A stretch of 27,430 nt of DNA from Vulcanimicrobiota bacterium. Lineage in GTDB: Bacteria; Vulcanimicrobiota; Vulcanimicrobiia; Vulcanimicrobiales; Vulcanimicrobiaceae. Shown here in pieces: positions 17,762-25,604 of the stretch. How positions within the stretch are numbered: position 1 is the stretch's first letter; every line of letters starts with the position of its first letter. The stretch covers positions 1-27,430 of the forward strand of contig PLCF01000058.1 of assembly GCA_003135555.1 (NCBI GenBank). Direction: 5' to 3'. The notes below the pieces were generated by a model. It was given only the letters and a program-made list of their open reading frames with translations. It made no database searches and was not told the DNA's origin. The position numbers and the translations under genes are program-made.

Positions 17762-18393
17762 CCGAGCTTCGGTTTGCGCTGGGCGCGGATTTGCTTGCCC
17801 TTGCGGAGCGGCGTGACGTTGGGTGAGGCGGCGGGCTCGACCGGCGCGTCCGTTGCGCTCGCTTTCAAAAGCTCCAATAGATCAAGACGCTGGTCGGGCA
17901 CCCAAAAGCCATCCGGGTGCAACAAGCGCAGGTACATGAACGCGACGATCGCCGGGTTCTTTCTAAACCCGTAACAGATCGTGCCCCATAGCCTCACGTT
18001 TTGGTCGAACAACGATAGTTCGGTCGGTCGCGTTTGCGTAATCTGATGCAGCTGCGGTGTTGCGAAGCGATACTCAACTTTGTTCACCGCAAGCCGTGCA
18101 TCGGGCGTAACCAACGCGGTGTAGTACGTCGAGCCGCCTTCGTGCCGGCGAGACGTGACGCTTAAAATTGGTACGATGTTGCGGATCGTCGCTTGGCGTT
18201 GAAGCGCCGCGTGAATGTCGTAGTACTTGTTAATGCCGACGACGTGCGGCCGCATCTCTTCGGGATATTGGTTAAAGCGTTGCACGACGGGCGGGCAAGC
18301 GTCCACGATAGTGCGAGCAACCTCGCGAAGCGCGGATAACGGAAATACGCCGATGAAATCCTCGATCGTCGGGCCTGGTTTGGGAGGGGCCAC
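17758..18393 (-). CDS. Hypothetical protein translationally coupled to XRE-ImmA; candidate toxin or effector
   Basis: GAAAGGA RBS before the GTG, ATGA overlap with the downstream gene, 211 aa. Confidence 0.75.
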   Translation of the reverse strand: MAPPKPGPTIEDFIGVFPLSALREVARTIVDACPPVVQRFNQYPEEMRPHVVGINKYYDIHAALQRQATIRNIVPILSVTSRRHEGGSTYYTALVTPDARLAVNKVEYRFATPQLHQITQTRPTELSLFDQNVRLWGTICYGFRKNPAIVAFMYLRLLHPDGFWVPDQRLDLLELLKASATDAPVEPAASPNVTPLRKGKQIRAQRKPKLG

Positions 18394-18514
18394 CCTGGGG
18401 CCGTCCTTTCAGCGGAAAAATGTCACGCTGTAACGTTGTCATCCTTATCGCACATTCTGGCATTTTTTGTCAACCTCGCCCTACGGCGGGGGCTAGTTTT
18501 GTCACCGTATCCCC

Positions 18515-18543
18515 TTGTAAACTGCTTGGCGCTATGCAATAAT
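18515..18543 (+). promoter_or_regulatory. Putative transposase promoter
   Basis: TTGTAA-17 bp-AATAAT, 6 nt before ATG 18550. A divergent TTGACA lies on the minus strand at 18468-18473. Confidence 0.5.
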
Positions 18544-18549
18544 GGGAGT

Positions 18550-19407
18550 ATGAACCGTCTCCCCCTCGCCGACCGCGTTCGCATCCTGGGCGCCCTGGTC
18601 GAAGGCAACAGCGTTCGGGGAACCGCCCGGATCGTCGGGGTGGACAAGAAGACCGTCCTGCGCCTCTTGGCGGACGTCGGGGACGCCTGCGACGTCTACT
18701 TGGATCAGAATGTCCGCGGCCTCAAGAGCGAGCGGATTCAGTGTGACGAAATTTGGTCGTACTGCCACGCCAAGCAGCGCAACCTCCCGCGCGAATTGCG
18801 CGGAAACGATGGCGTCGGCGACCTGTGGACGTGGACGGCTATCGACGCCGACACAAAGCTGATCGTGGGATGGCACCTCGGCAAGCGAACGCACCAGGAC
18901 GCGAGCCTTTTCATTCGCGACCTCTCGCAGCGCGTCGTTTCGGAGCGCGTTCAAATATCAACCGACGGCCTCTCGTTCTACAACGGTCCGATTAAGCTGC
19001 ATTTCTTCCACCGTGCCGACCACGGCTCAGAGGTGAAAGACTACGGGCTGTTAGACGAGGATTCACCGGAGCGCAAGTATAGCCCGATGGTCGTGAAGCG
19101 CGTTCACCGGACGATACAGTACGGCGTTCCCGACCCGGACCATATTTCGACCGCCTACGTCGAGCGAAACAATCTCACGATGAGAATGTCCATGCGGCGG
19201 TTCACGCGGCTAACGAACGGCTTCTCGAAGAAGGCCGAGAACCTACGGCGCGCGCTCGCGCTCAATTTTGCTTTCTACAACCTTTGCCGCAAGCACCAGA
19301 CAATCAAGACCACGCCGGCGATCGCCGCGGGCCTCACGAACCGCATTTGGACGCTGCACGACCTTGCAAAACTGCCTGATGTCCTGAGCGATTCGCTAGC
19401 GGCCTAG
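18550..19407 (+). CDS. IS1-family DDE transposase, single ORF with N-terminal HTH
   Basis: LVEGNSVRGTARIVGV (HTH), IQCDEIWSY, WTWTAIDADTKL, ISTDGL and VERNNLTMRMSMRRFTRLTNGFSKK. Confidence 0.92.
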   Translation: MNRLPLADRVRILGALVEGNSVRGTARIVGVDKKTVLRLLADVGDACDVYLDQNVRGLKSERIQCDEIWSYCHAKQRNLPRELRGNDGVGDLWTWTAIDADTKLIVGWHLGKRTHQDASLFIRDLSQRVVSERVQISTDGLSFYNGPIKLHFFHRADHGSEVKDYGLLDEDSPERKYSPMVVKRVHRTIQYGVPDPDHISTAYVERNNLTMRMSMRRFTRLTNGFSKKAENLRRALALNFAFYNLCRKHQTIKTTPAIAAGLTNRIWTLHDLAKLPDVLSDSLAA

Positions 19408-19511
19408 TTGCGGGGAGCATGCGCCGAGAAACGGCGGTCCCATTCAGAGGGAGTCCACGCGCTTAGGCATAAGTCACGACCCCCATCTCTCCAGCAAAGC
19501 CGGGGGGCGCT

Positions 19512-20312
19512 ATGGAGTGGTTTGAGGCTGTCGAGAAGGTTGCGCCTTACGTCGTAAAAATAGAAACGCCGCGCGGCCACGGTACCGGCTTCTTATGTCT
19601 GTACAACGAGCCGCGCAACCTTTGCGGGATTGCAACAGCGTATCACGTCGTAGAGCATGCGGACGATTGGCAAGAACCAATTCGGCTCGTCCACAAGGGC
19701 ACCGCGAAAGCCCTGTTTTTGAGCGAGGGCCAACGTGTTATTTTTATGGACGAGGGTAACGATTCAGCCGTTATTCTTTTCCCGTCCGGCCAACTTGATT
19801 TGCCAAAGGAGCTGATACCGCTGATTCCAGCCGGTCGTTCGGCCAAGGTCGGCGTCGAGGTCGGTTGGCTCGGATATCCGGCCGTCACGCCTCAAAACCT
19901 CTGCTTTTTTGCTGGTGCTATTAGTGCGAGTACGAAGGACGCCTACTTCATTGACGGTGTCGCCATAAACGGCGTCAGCGGCGGCCCGGTTTTCCAACCG
20001 ATCGGCGACGAAATCTATATCCTGGGCACGATTTCCGCCTACTATCCGAACGTTCGCGGGATGGGCGACACGCTGCCCGGCCTGTCGTTTGCTCAAGGTG
20101 TTGCTCACTTTCACGAAACGATCGCTAAGGTTAAGTCATTGGACGAAGCGCGGAAAACGCAAAAACAGCCCGTACCAGCGCTTTCCCCGCCGGAGCCTAA
20201 GCGCGCCGGGTCGCCTCGTGCTGCACCGAAGGCCAAGAAAACTGCCAAGAAAACTACCAAGAAAAAAACTGCCAAGAAAACTGCGAAGCCCTCCCGCAAG
20301 CGTCCTCGGTAA
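19512..20312 (+). CDS. Trypsin-like serine protease, no signal peptide, Lys-rich C-terminal tail
   Basis: GTGF, TAYHVV (His), NDSAV (Asp), GVSGGPVF (Ser); tail KKTAKKTTKKKTAKKTAK. Confidence 0.88.
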   Translation: MEWFEAVEKVAPYVVKIETPRGHGTGFLCLYNEPRNLCGIATAYHVVEHADDWQEPIRLVHKGTAKALFLSEGQRVIFMDEGNDSAVILFPSGQLDLPKELIPLIPAGRSAKVGVEVGWLGYPAVTPQNLCFFAGAISASTKDAYFIDGVAINGVSGGPVFQPIGDEIYILGTISAYYPNVRGMGDTLPGLSFAQGVAHFHETIAKVKSLDEARKTQKQPVPALSPPEPKRAGSPRAAPKAKKTAKKTTKKKTAKKTAKPSRKRPR

Positions 20313-20671
20313 CAATCGGCGGCCCCGATGCGCCGCGCGGATTACCTCCGATGACTGGTACGTTACCATGCTCCGCTCCCGGTCCGGTAGGGGCTGCGGA
20401 CGTGTGGACGCGGTTTGCCTGCCATGCCGTGCGGTGCCGAGGCCTGGCGAGCCAAGCCACGCCGTGCTCGCCTTATACCCCGCTAGGCCGAGGGGCGGCG
20501 ACGCGGGCTTAGGCGCCGAGCCGGGGGCTGAAAGCGCGCCGCCGCCCCTGTCCAGGATAGAGCCCTCGATTCCTGGCGGCTAGTCACGTCGGACGGGGCT
20601 TTGCAGGTCGCAACGCCCTAGCGAGCGCTTGGCCCCTGAAAAGGGACCAGTACCCACGCCGCGTCCTTCGG

Positions 20672-20700
20672 TTTACAGACCCCCGGGCCTGTGCTACACT
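20672..20700 (+). promoter_or_regulatory. Sigma70-type promoter of the rpmG-secE-nusG cluster
   Basis: TTTACA-17 bp-TACACT with an extended -10 TG. Confidence 0.65.
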
Positions 20701-20767
20701 TTCGACTCGGAACGGACCGCGCGTCCGTTTTCTTCATGTTTTCCGGCACCTCGGCGAGAACACCACG

Positions 20768-20932
20768 ATGGCGAAAAAAGAAACCCGGGTGATGGTTACG
20801 ATGGCGTGCACCGAGTGCAAGCGGCGTAACTACAACACCTTCAAGAACAAGCAGAAGACCAGCGAGCGGCTCGAGCTGAGCAAGTACTGCCGCTTCTGCC
20901 GGTGCCACAAGCCTCACCGGGAAACCAAATAG
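20768..20932 (+). CDS. rpmG: 50S ribosomal protein L33, zinc-binding type
   Basis: [54 protein letters not shown]; synteny with secE-nusG. Confidence 0.96.
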   Translation: MAKKETRVMVTMACTECKRRNYNTFKNKQKTSERLELSKYCRFCRCHKPHRETK

Positions 20933-20955
20933 CGAGCCCGCTTGCCGGGCCCCAG

Positions 20956-21031
20956 AGGGCGGTGGCGCAATTGGTAGCGCAGCGGTCTCCAAAACCGCGG
21001 GTTGCAGGTTCGAGTCCTGTCCGCCCTGCCA
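20956..21031 (+). tRNA. tRNA-Trp(CCA)
   Basis: AGGGCGG/CCGCCCT acceptor, loop CTCCAAA, TTCGAGT T loop, encoded CCA; 76 nt. Confidence 0.96.
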
Positions 21032-21053
21032 ACTCTCCGCGGTACAAGGTACA

Positions 21054-21326
21054 ATGAAGTCCAACCCAAGCCGTCCCCAAGGGAGCCGCCCGGTGGCGAA
21101 TCGTCCTGCGACCCCCGCGCAACGCGCCGCGAACGCTCAGCGGACACGGGAATTCGTGCGTGGTGTCGCGACCGAGATGCGCCGCGTCACCTGGCCCACG
21201 CGCGAGGAGTGGATCGCGGCGACCTTGCTCACCATCGCGCTGGTCGTTGCGGTCGGTTTGTTCACCTCGGCGTGCGACTGGATCTTCGCCTACTTGTTCA
21301 CCTGGCTCACCGGAGGGGCGCGCTGA
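21054..21326 (+). CDS. secE: Preprotein translocase subunit SecE
   Basis: EMRRVTWPTREE motif plus TM helix; located before nusG. Confidence 0.93.
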   Translation: MKSNPSRPQGSRPVANRPATPAQRAANAQRTREFVRGVATEMRRVTWPTREEWIAATLLTIALVVAVGLFTSACDWIFAYLFTWLTGGAR

Positions 21327-22021
21327 TGGACCAGGACGTCTCCACGGCGGTCAGCGAGTCCGCCGAGCCGCAAGTGGTCGCGGCTGAAGAACCTCAGGCC
21401 GCCGCGCCCGAAGAGCAGCCGGCGGCCGCTGCGCCCGAAGATCAGCCGGCAGCCGCTGCACCCGCGCCTGCGGCGAAAAAGCAGGACGATCGTAAGAAGT
21501 GGTACGTGATCCACACGTACTCGGGTTATGAGAACAAGGTCAAAGCCAACCTCGAGCGGCGCATCCACTCGATGAACATGCAGGACAAGATTTTCCGCGT
21601 GCTCGTCCCGATGGAAGACGAAGTCGAGTTCAAGGACGGCAAGCGCAAGATCACGCCCAAGAAAGTCTTCCCGGGTTACGTGCTCGTCGAGATGGACATG
21701 GACGACGGCTCGTGGTACGTCGTGCGCAACACGTCGGGCGTTACGGGCTTCGTCGGTTCACCCGGATCGGGCGAGAAGCCGGTCCCGCTGCAGGACAAAG
21801 AAGTCAAAACGATCCTCAAACAGATGGGGATCGAGACGCCCAAACTCAAGATCGACTTCGCCAAGGGCGATCGGATCAAAGTCACGTCGGGACCGTTCTT
21901 CGACTTCACCGGGATCGTCGACGACATTCAGCCCGAAAAAGAAAAGGTCCGCGCGCTCATCTCGATCTTCGGGCGCGAGACCCCCGTTGAGTTGGAGTTC
22001 TATCAGATCGAGAAAGTCTAG
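21326..22021 (+). CDS. nusG: Transcription termination/antitermination factor NusG with an Ala/Pro/Glu-rich N-terminal extension
   Basis: WYVIHTYSGYENKV, FPGYVLV, VRNTSGVTGFVG and a KOW domain ending IFGRETPVELEF. Confidence 0.97.
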   Translation: MDQDVSTAVSESAEPQVVAAEEPQAAAPEEQPAAAAPEDQPAAAAPAPAAKKQDDRKKWYVIHTYSGYENKVKANLERRIHSMNMQDKIFRVLVPMEDEVEFKDGKRKITPKKVFPGYVLVEMDMDDGSWYVVRNTSGVTGFVGSPGSGEKPVPLQDKEVKTILKQMGIETPKLKIDFAKGDRIKVTSGPFFDFTGIVDDIQPEKEKVRALISIFGRETPVELEFYQIEKV

Positions 22022-22040
22022 GCGCTCGGGGATTGTGGCG

Positions 22041-22181
22041 GGGCGAGCGGCTCCGCACCGGTACGACGGGCACGCGGCCCCGCGCTTCCTGCGCGGGGCC
22101 GCTCTGTCTTCGCATCGCTTCCGCGCATCCTGCGCACGCTCGCTCACACGACCCGCCGTACCGGTGCGGAGCCGCTCGCCC
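22041..22181. repeat. Nested palindromic element (REP- or MITE-like)
   Basis: 30-bp inverted repeats at 22041-22070 and 22152-22181 (29/30 match) enclose a 12-bp hairpin at 22074-22102. Confidence 0.75.
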
Positions 22182-22256
22182 TGCGGGCATCGCTTGCACG
22201 GGCTTGTGGGGGGTTGCGGGATGGTGGAGTTGCCCCTACGCGGAGGTCTTGTGGCG

Positions 22257-23489
22257 TTAGCGCGTGGAGTGCGATTGCGGGGCGCTTGCGGTTAGGGCGG
22301 TGTTGAAGAGGGCGGGGATGACGGCGTAGGGGAGGGTGCCGGTGCCTTCGTTGGTGAGGAGGATGATCTCGATGTTGTCGTCGGGGAACGTCGCGTTGAT
22401 CGTTTGGAAGCCGCCGAACGCGCCGTCGTGATAGATGTAGCGGTGGCCGTTGAGGGTGTTGATGATCCAACCGAAGGCGTAGGTGCCGAAGGACTGCGGG
22501 AACGGGCCCGGCGCGAACATTTGGGTGAGCGAGGCCGACGTGAAGATCCCCGGTTGTCGAACGGCGCGGTCCCACAGCTCGAGGTCGCCGACCGTTGAGG
22601 ACAAGCCGCCGCAGCCCGCGAGCCAGGGAAGATTCCATTGCACCGCGCGGTCGATCGCGCCGTTCCAAGTCTCGTAGCCGAGCGCGAAGTCGGTCACTTT
22701 TCCGGCCGGAAATCCTTGCTGCGTATGCGTCATGCCGAGCGGGCCGAAGATGCGCTGCCCGAGGAACGTCCCCAGCGGCTGACCGCTGACCTTGGCGGCG
22801 ATCATCGCCAGCAGCAGATAGTTGGTGTTGCTGTACTCGAACGCGGTGCCCGGTAGGAAGTCGAGCGGAAAGGTCGCCAAGCGATCGACGATCGGCGTAT
22901 AGTCGGTCTGCCCGTTCGCCACGAACGCGTGGTAGGCGTCGGTGAAGTCGGGATAGTCGCCAAAATTGTTGTAGTCGACGAGCCCGCTGCTGTGCTGCAG
23001 CAGGTTCCGCAGCGCGATCGCGTTGCCGTTGGGGAAGCTCGGGAAGTACTTCGATACAGGATCGTCCACGGAGAGCTTGCCGTCTTGTTGCAAGAGCAAG
23101 ATCGCGCCAGCGGTGAATTCCTTGCTGACCGAGGCCAGCTCGTAGATCGTGTTTGCGTCGGGCGCGAACTGGCCGCGTGGTAACCCCAACACGGTTTCGG
23201 GTGGCGGGACGCCCCAGAAGCTTCCGTGCCCGTACGTATCGGGAAGCCCGCGGTCGCGCAGCCCGTATCCCTGCGCGTACAGCAGCGCACCGTTGCGGTA
23301 AACGGCCAGCTCGACGCCCCATGCGCCGGGGTAGTTCTGGGCGATGATCGCGTCGAACGGTGAGGCGCCCGGCGGTCCCGTGGCCTGCTGCATCGGCGGC
23401 GAGACGGCGCTCGACGACCCGCCGCCGCCGCACGCGACGAGTCCGAAACAAGCAACCAGAAGGGCGATCGCGCCCGGCGCGCGGCGCAT
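22257..23489 (-). CDS. Beta-lactamase-family (class C/AmpH-like) serine hydrolase, lipoprotein
   Basis: Lipobox GLVAC; SVSK, LLQHSSGL, FEYSNTNY and HDG motifs. Start set at MRRAPG. Confidence 0.88.
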   Translation of the reverse strand: MRRAPGAIALLVACFGLVACGGGGSSSAVSPPMQQATGPPGASPFDAIIAQNYPGAWGVELAVYRNGALLYAQGYGLRDRGLPDTYGHGSFWGVPPPETVLGLPRGQFAPDANTIYELASVSKEFTAGAILLLQQDGKLSVDDPVSKYFPSFPNGNAIALRNLLQHSSGLVDYNNFGDYPDFTDAYHAFVANGQTDYTPIVDRLATFPLDFLPGTAFEYSNTNYLLLAMIAAKVSGQPLGTFLGQRIFGPLGMTHTQQGFPAGKVTDFALGYETWNGAIDRAVQWNLPWLAGCGGLSSTVGDLELWDRAVRQPGIFTSASLTQMFAPGPFPQSFGTYAFGWIINTLNGHRYIYHDGAFGGFQTINATFPDDNIEIILLTNEGTGTLPYAVIPALFNTALTASAPQSHSTR

Positions 23490-23568
23490 GGTGCTGCAAT
23501 TCAGCGGCCGTTCCGAGACTCTTTCGTTCCAGCCGGGGCGATCGTCCGCCCAGACCGAAGCGTCGGTG

Positions 23569-24129
23569 GTGCTCGACTCGACCGTGTTGCGCACCGGCGG
23601 GATCGCGCTCGCCGTGGGCCTCGATGTGTTGGCATTGTCGACGGGGATCGGCGTGCTCGGCGTGCCGTGGAAGGTCCGCATTCGGGTCGGCATGGCGTTT
23701 GCCGCCGCCGAGATCGTCATGCAGGTGCTGGGCGCGGCGATTGGTACCGGTGTCGGGCGCATCGCCGGCGAGATCGCGGCGTATGCCGGCTTCGCGGTGC
23801 TGGCGCTGATCGGTGCCTGGATCCTTCGGGAAAGCTTCGGCGACGACGAAGGGCTCTCCGAGAAGGCGACCTCGGGGTTGGGGCTCGTCGCGGCGTCGGC
23901 GTCGATCAGCCTGGATTCGCTCGGCGTCGGGTTCTCGCTGCCGGCGTTGCGCGTGCCGCTGGTCGGGCTGATCGGGACGGTCGCGATCACGACGATCATC
24001 TTCACGTTCGCCGGGCTGCGCTTCGGTGAGATCCTCGGCAAGCGCTTCAAGAAACGTGCCGAGCGCGGCGCAGGCTGTGTGCTCGTCGCGTTGGCGATCC
24101 TCTTTACCGTTGGGCACCTCACGCGCTAG
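23569..24129 (+). CDS. MntP/YtaF-family manganese efflux-like membrane protein
   Basis: Duplicated motifs AVGLDVLA and SISLDSLGVG, about six TM helices, and AERGAG. Start approximate. Confidence 0.8.
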   Translation: MLDSTVLRTGGIALAVGLDVLALSTGIGVLGVPWKVRIRVGMAFAAAEIVMQVLGAAIGTGVGRIAGEIAAYAGFAVLALIGAWILRESFGDDEGLSEKATSGLGLVAASASISLDSLGVGFSLPALRVPLVGLIGTVAITTIIFTFAGLRFGEILGKRFKKRAERGAGCVLVALAILFTVGHLTR

Positions 24130-24178
24130 GCTGGTCGACCCCTGCTCCGCCGCCGGTGTAGATTTGTGCAGGCGGTCG

Positions 24179-25456
24179 TCAGCCGCCTCCGCTCCCTCTG
24201 AGCGTCTGCACGAGATAGACGACGGTTGCGAGGCCGACGAGCAGCGTGACGCACCAGCCCGACGCGGCCAGCCAGGGGGCGATGCGGGCTTGGTGCATGA
24301 TGCGATGGTTGCGGGCGACGAGCAACATCAACGCCATCGTCAACGGGGTCGCGATCCCGCCCGCGATCCCGCTCATGAAGAGCAGTTTGATCGGCGCTAC
24401 GCCGGCGACGCCGATCAACACGGCGGCCACGACGCAACCGCCCAACGTGAGATAGAACGCGCGCGCCCGGTCGAACGAGGCGTCGAGGCTGCGGCGCCAG
24501 CCGAACATCTCGGCGGCGACGTAGGCCGAGGTTCCGGCGATGACCGGGATCGCCACCAGCGCGGAACCGAGGAGCCCGACCGCAAAGACCAGCGAGGCGT
24601 ACTTGCCGGCGATCGGCGCCAGGGCTTGCGCGGCCTGCTGGGCGGTTTCGACCGTGGTGTGATGCACGCCCAGCGTCGCGCCCGTCGCGATCAAGATGAA
24701 CCAAAAGGTGAGACCGGCGACGACGATCCCCAACGCGGCGTCGACTTGGACCAGCCCGAGTTGGCGCAGGCGCGGCTTCTCTTCGCTCAGCTCGATCGTC
24801 TCCCAAACGTACGCGTACGCGGTGAGGGTCGTGCCGAGCAGCGCGAGCGCGCCGGCAACCGTTGCGGGCTTCAAATCGAAGTGCGGTACGAAGGAACCAT
24901 GCAGCACGGCCCCCCAGTCGGGCCGCGCCAAGAACGCCGCACCGACGTACGTCAAAAACAAGAGCGCGAGGTAGCGCAACACGCGCTCGATGGTGCGATA
25001 GTTGCCGAAGACGAGGACGACGATCGTGAGCACGCCGAGCGGCGCGACCCACCATCGATACGCGATCCCGGTGAGCATCTCGACCGCGGCGGAGCCGCCT
25101 TCCAAATCGGCGGCGAGCGTGAGGACGTTCACGACGAGCAGCGCGGCGAGCGCGGCGAATGCCCAGAAGCGACCGTACGCGCTGCGGACGCAATCCTCGA
25201 GCCCTTTCTTGGTGACCGTCCCGACCTGCGCTGCGATGGCCTGAATCACCACCAACATCGGGATCACCAGCAGCGTAAGCCAGCCCAACTCGTAGGTCGT
25301 GGTCGAACCGATGACGGCCAGCGTCGCGACGGTCGTCGGGTCGTTGTCGGAGGCTCCCGCTACGATGCCGGCGCCGAAACTCTGTTGCGGCGAAGGGCCC
25401 GGCGGCGCCGCCCGGCCACGCCGCGAAGCGAATTGCGGCGCTCTCCTCCTACGCAT
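24179..25456 (-). CDS. NRAMP-family divalent metal transporter
   Basis: GASDNDPTTVAT and LGTTLTAY motifs with many TM helices. Confidence 0.88.
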   Translation of the reverse strand: MRRRRAPQFASRRGRAAPPGPSPQQSFGAGIVAGASDNDPTTVATLAVIGSTTTYELGWLTLLVIPMLVVIQAIAAQVGTVTKKGLEDCVRSAYGRFWAFAALAALLVVNVLTLAADLEGGSAAVEMLTGIAYRWWVAPLGVLTIVVLVFGNYRTIERVLRYLALLFLTYVGAAFLARPDWGAVLHGSFVPHFDLKPATVAGALALLGTTLTAYAYVWETIELSEEKPRLRQLGLVQVDAALGIVVAGLTFWFILIATGATLGVHHTTVETAQQAAQALAPIAGKYASLVFAVGLLGSALVAIPVIAGTSAYVAAEMFGWRRSLDASFDRARAFYLTLGGCVVAAVLIGVAGVAPIKLLFMSGIAGGIATPLTMALMLLVARNHRIMHQARIAPWLAASGWCVTLLVGLATVVYLVQTLRGSGGG

Positions 25457-25604
25457 CGTCTTTCCCTACCCAAACATTCGGACGCGACCTAACGGACGAG
25501 CTCAGACCACTGGATTGCGCTAGCCGGTGTCAGTCGATCTGGCGCAAGAACGTCAGCGCATTGATGAGCTCGTCGATCGCGGCGAGGGGTTCCCCCAGCG
25601 CCCG

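Larger units (their letters stand above)
16124..20654. mobile_element. Cargo-carrying IS1-family element (transporter-IS-like), 4531 bp
   Basis: Left TIR GGTAGTGGTCCCTTTT (16124-16139) and right TIR AAAAGGGACCAGTACC (20639-20654) match 15/16. Direct repeat CACGCCGCG at 16115-16123 and 20655-20663. Internal IS1-type transposase. Confidence 0.92.

Noticed and set aside
20345..20535. Hammerhead ribozyme (CCGATGA...GAAA)
   Set aside because: The core deviates from CUGANGA and I could not build the three stems around it.
23490..23568. yybP-ykoY manganese riboswitch expected upstream of an MntP-like gene
   Set aside because: The intergenic region is short and I cannot see the conserved riboswitch motifs.
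22144..25492. Long alternative-frame ORFs (657, 488 and 355 aa) and the 621-aa extension of the hydrolase
   Set aside because: High-GC shadow frames. The hydrolase has a clear lipoprotein start at 23489, and the extension is antisense to the MntP-like gene.
25457..25604. M-box or NiCo riboswitch upstream of the NRAMP gene (CGTTAGGT present on the minus strand)
   Set aside because: Only an 8-nt match, too close to the start codon to fit the aptamer. An Rfam scan would settle it.
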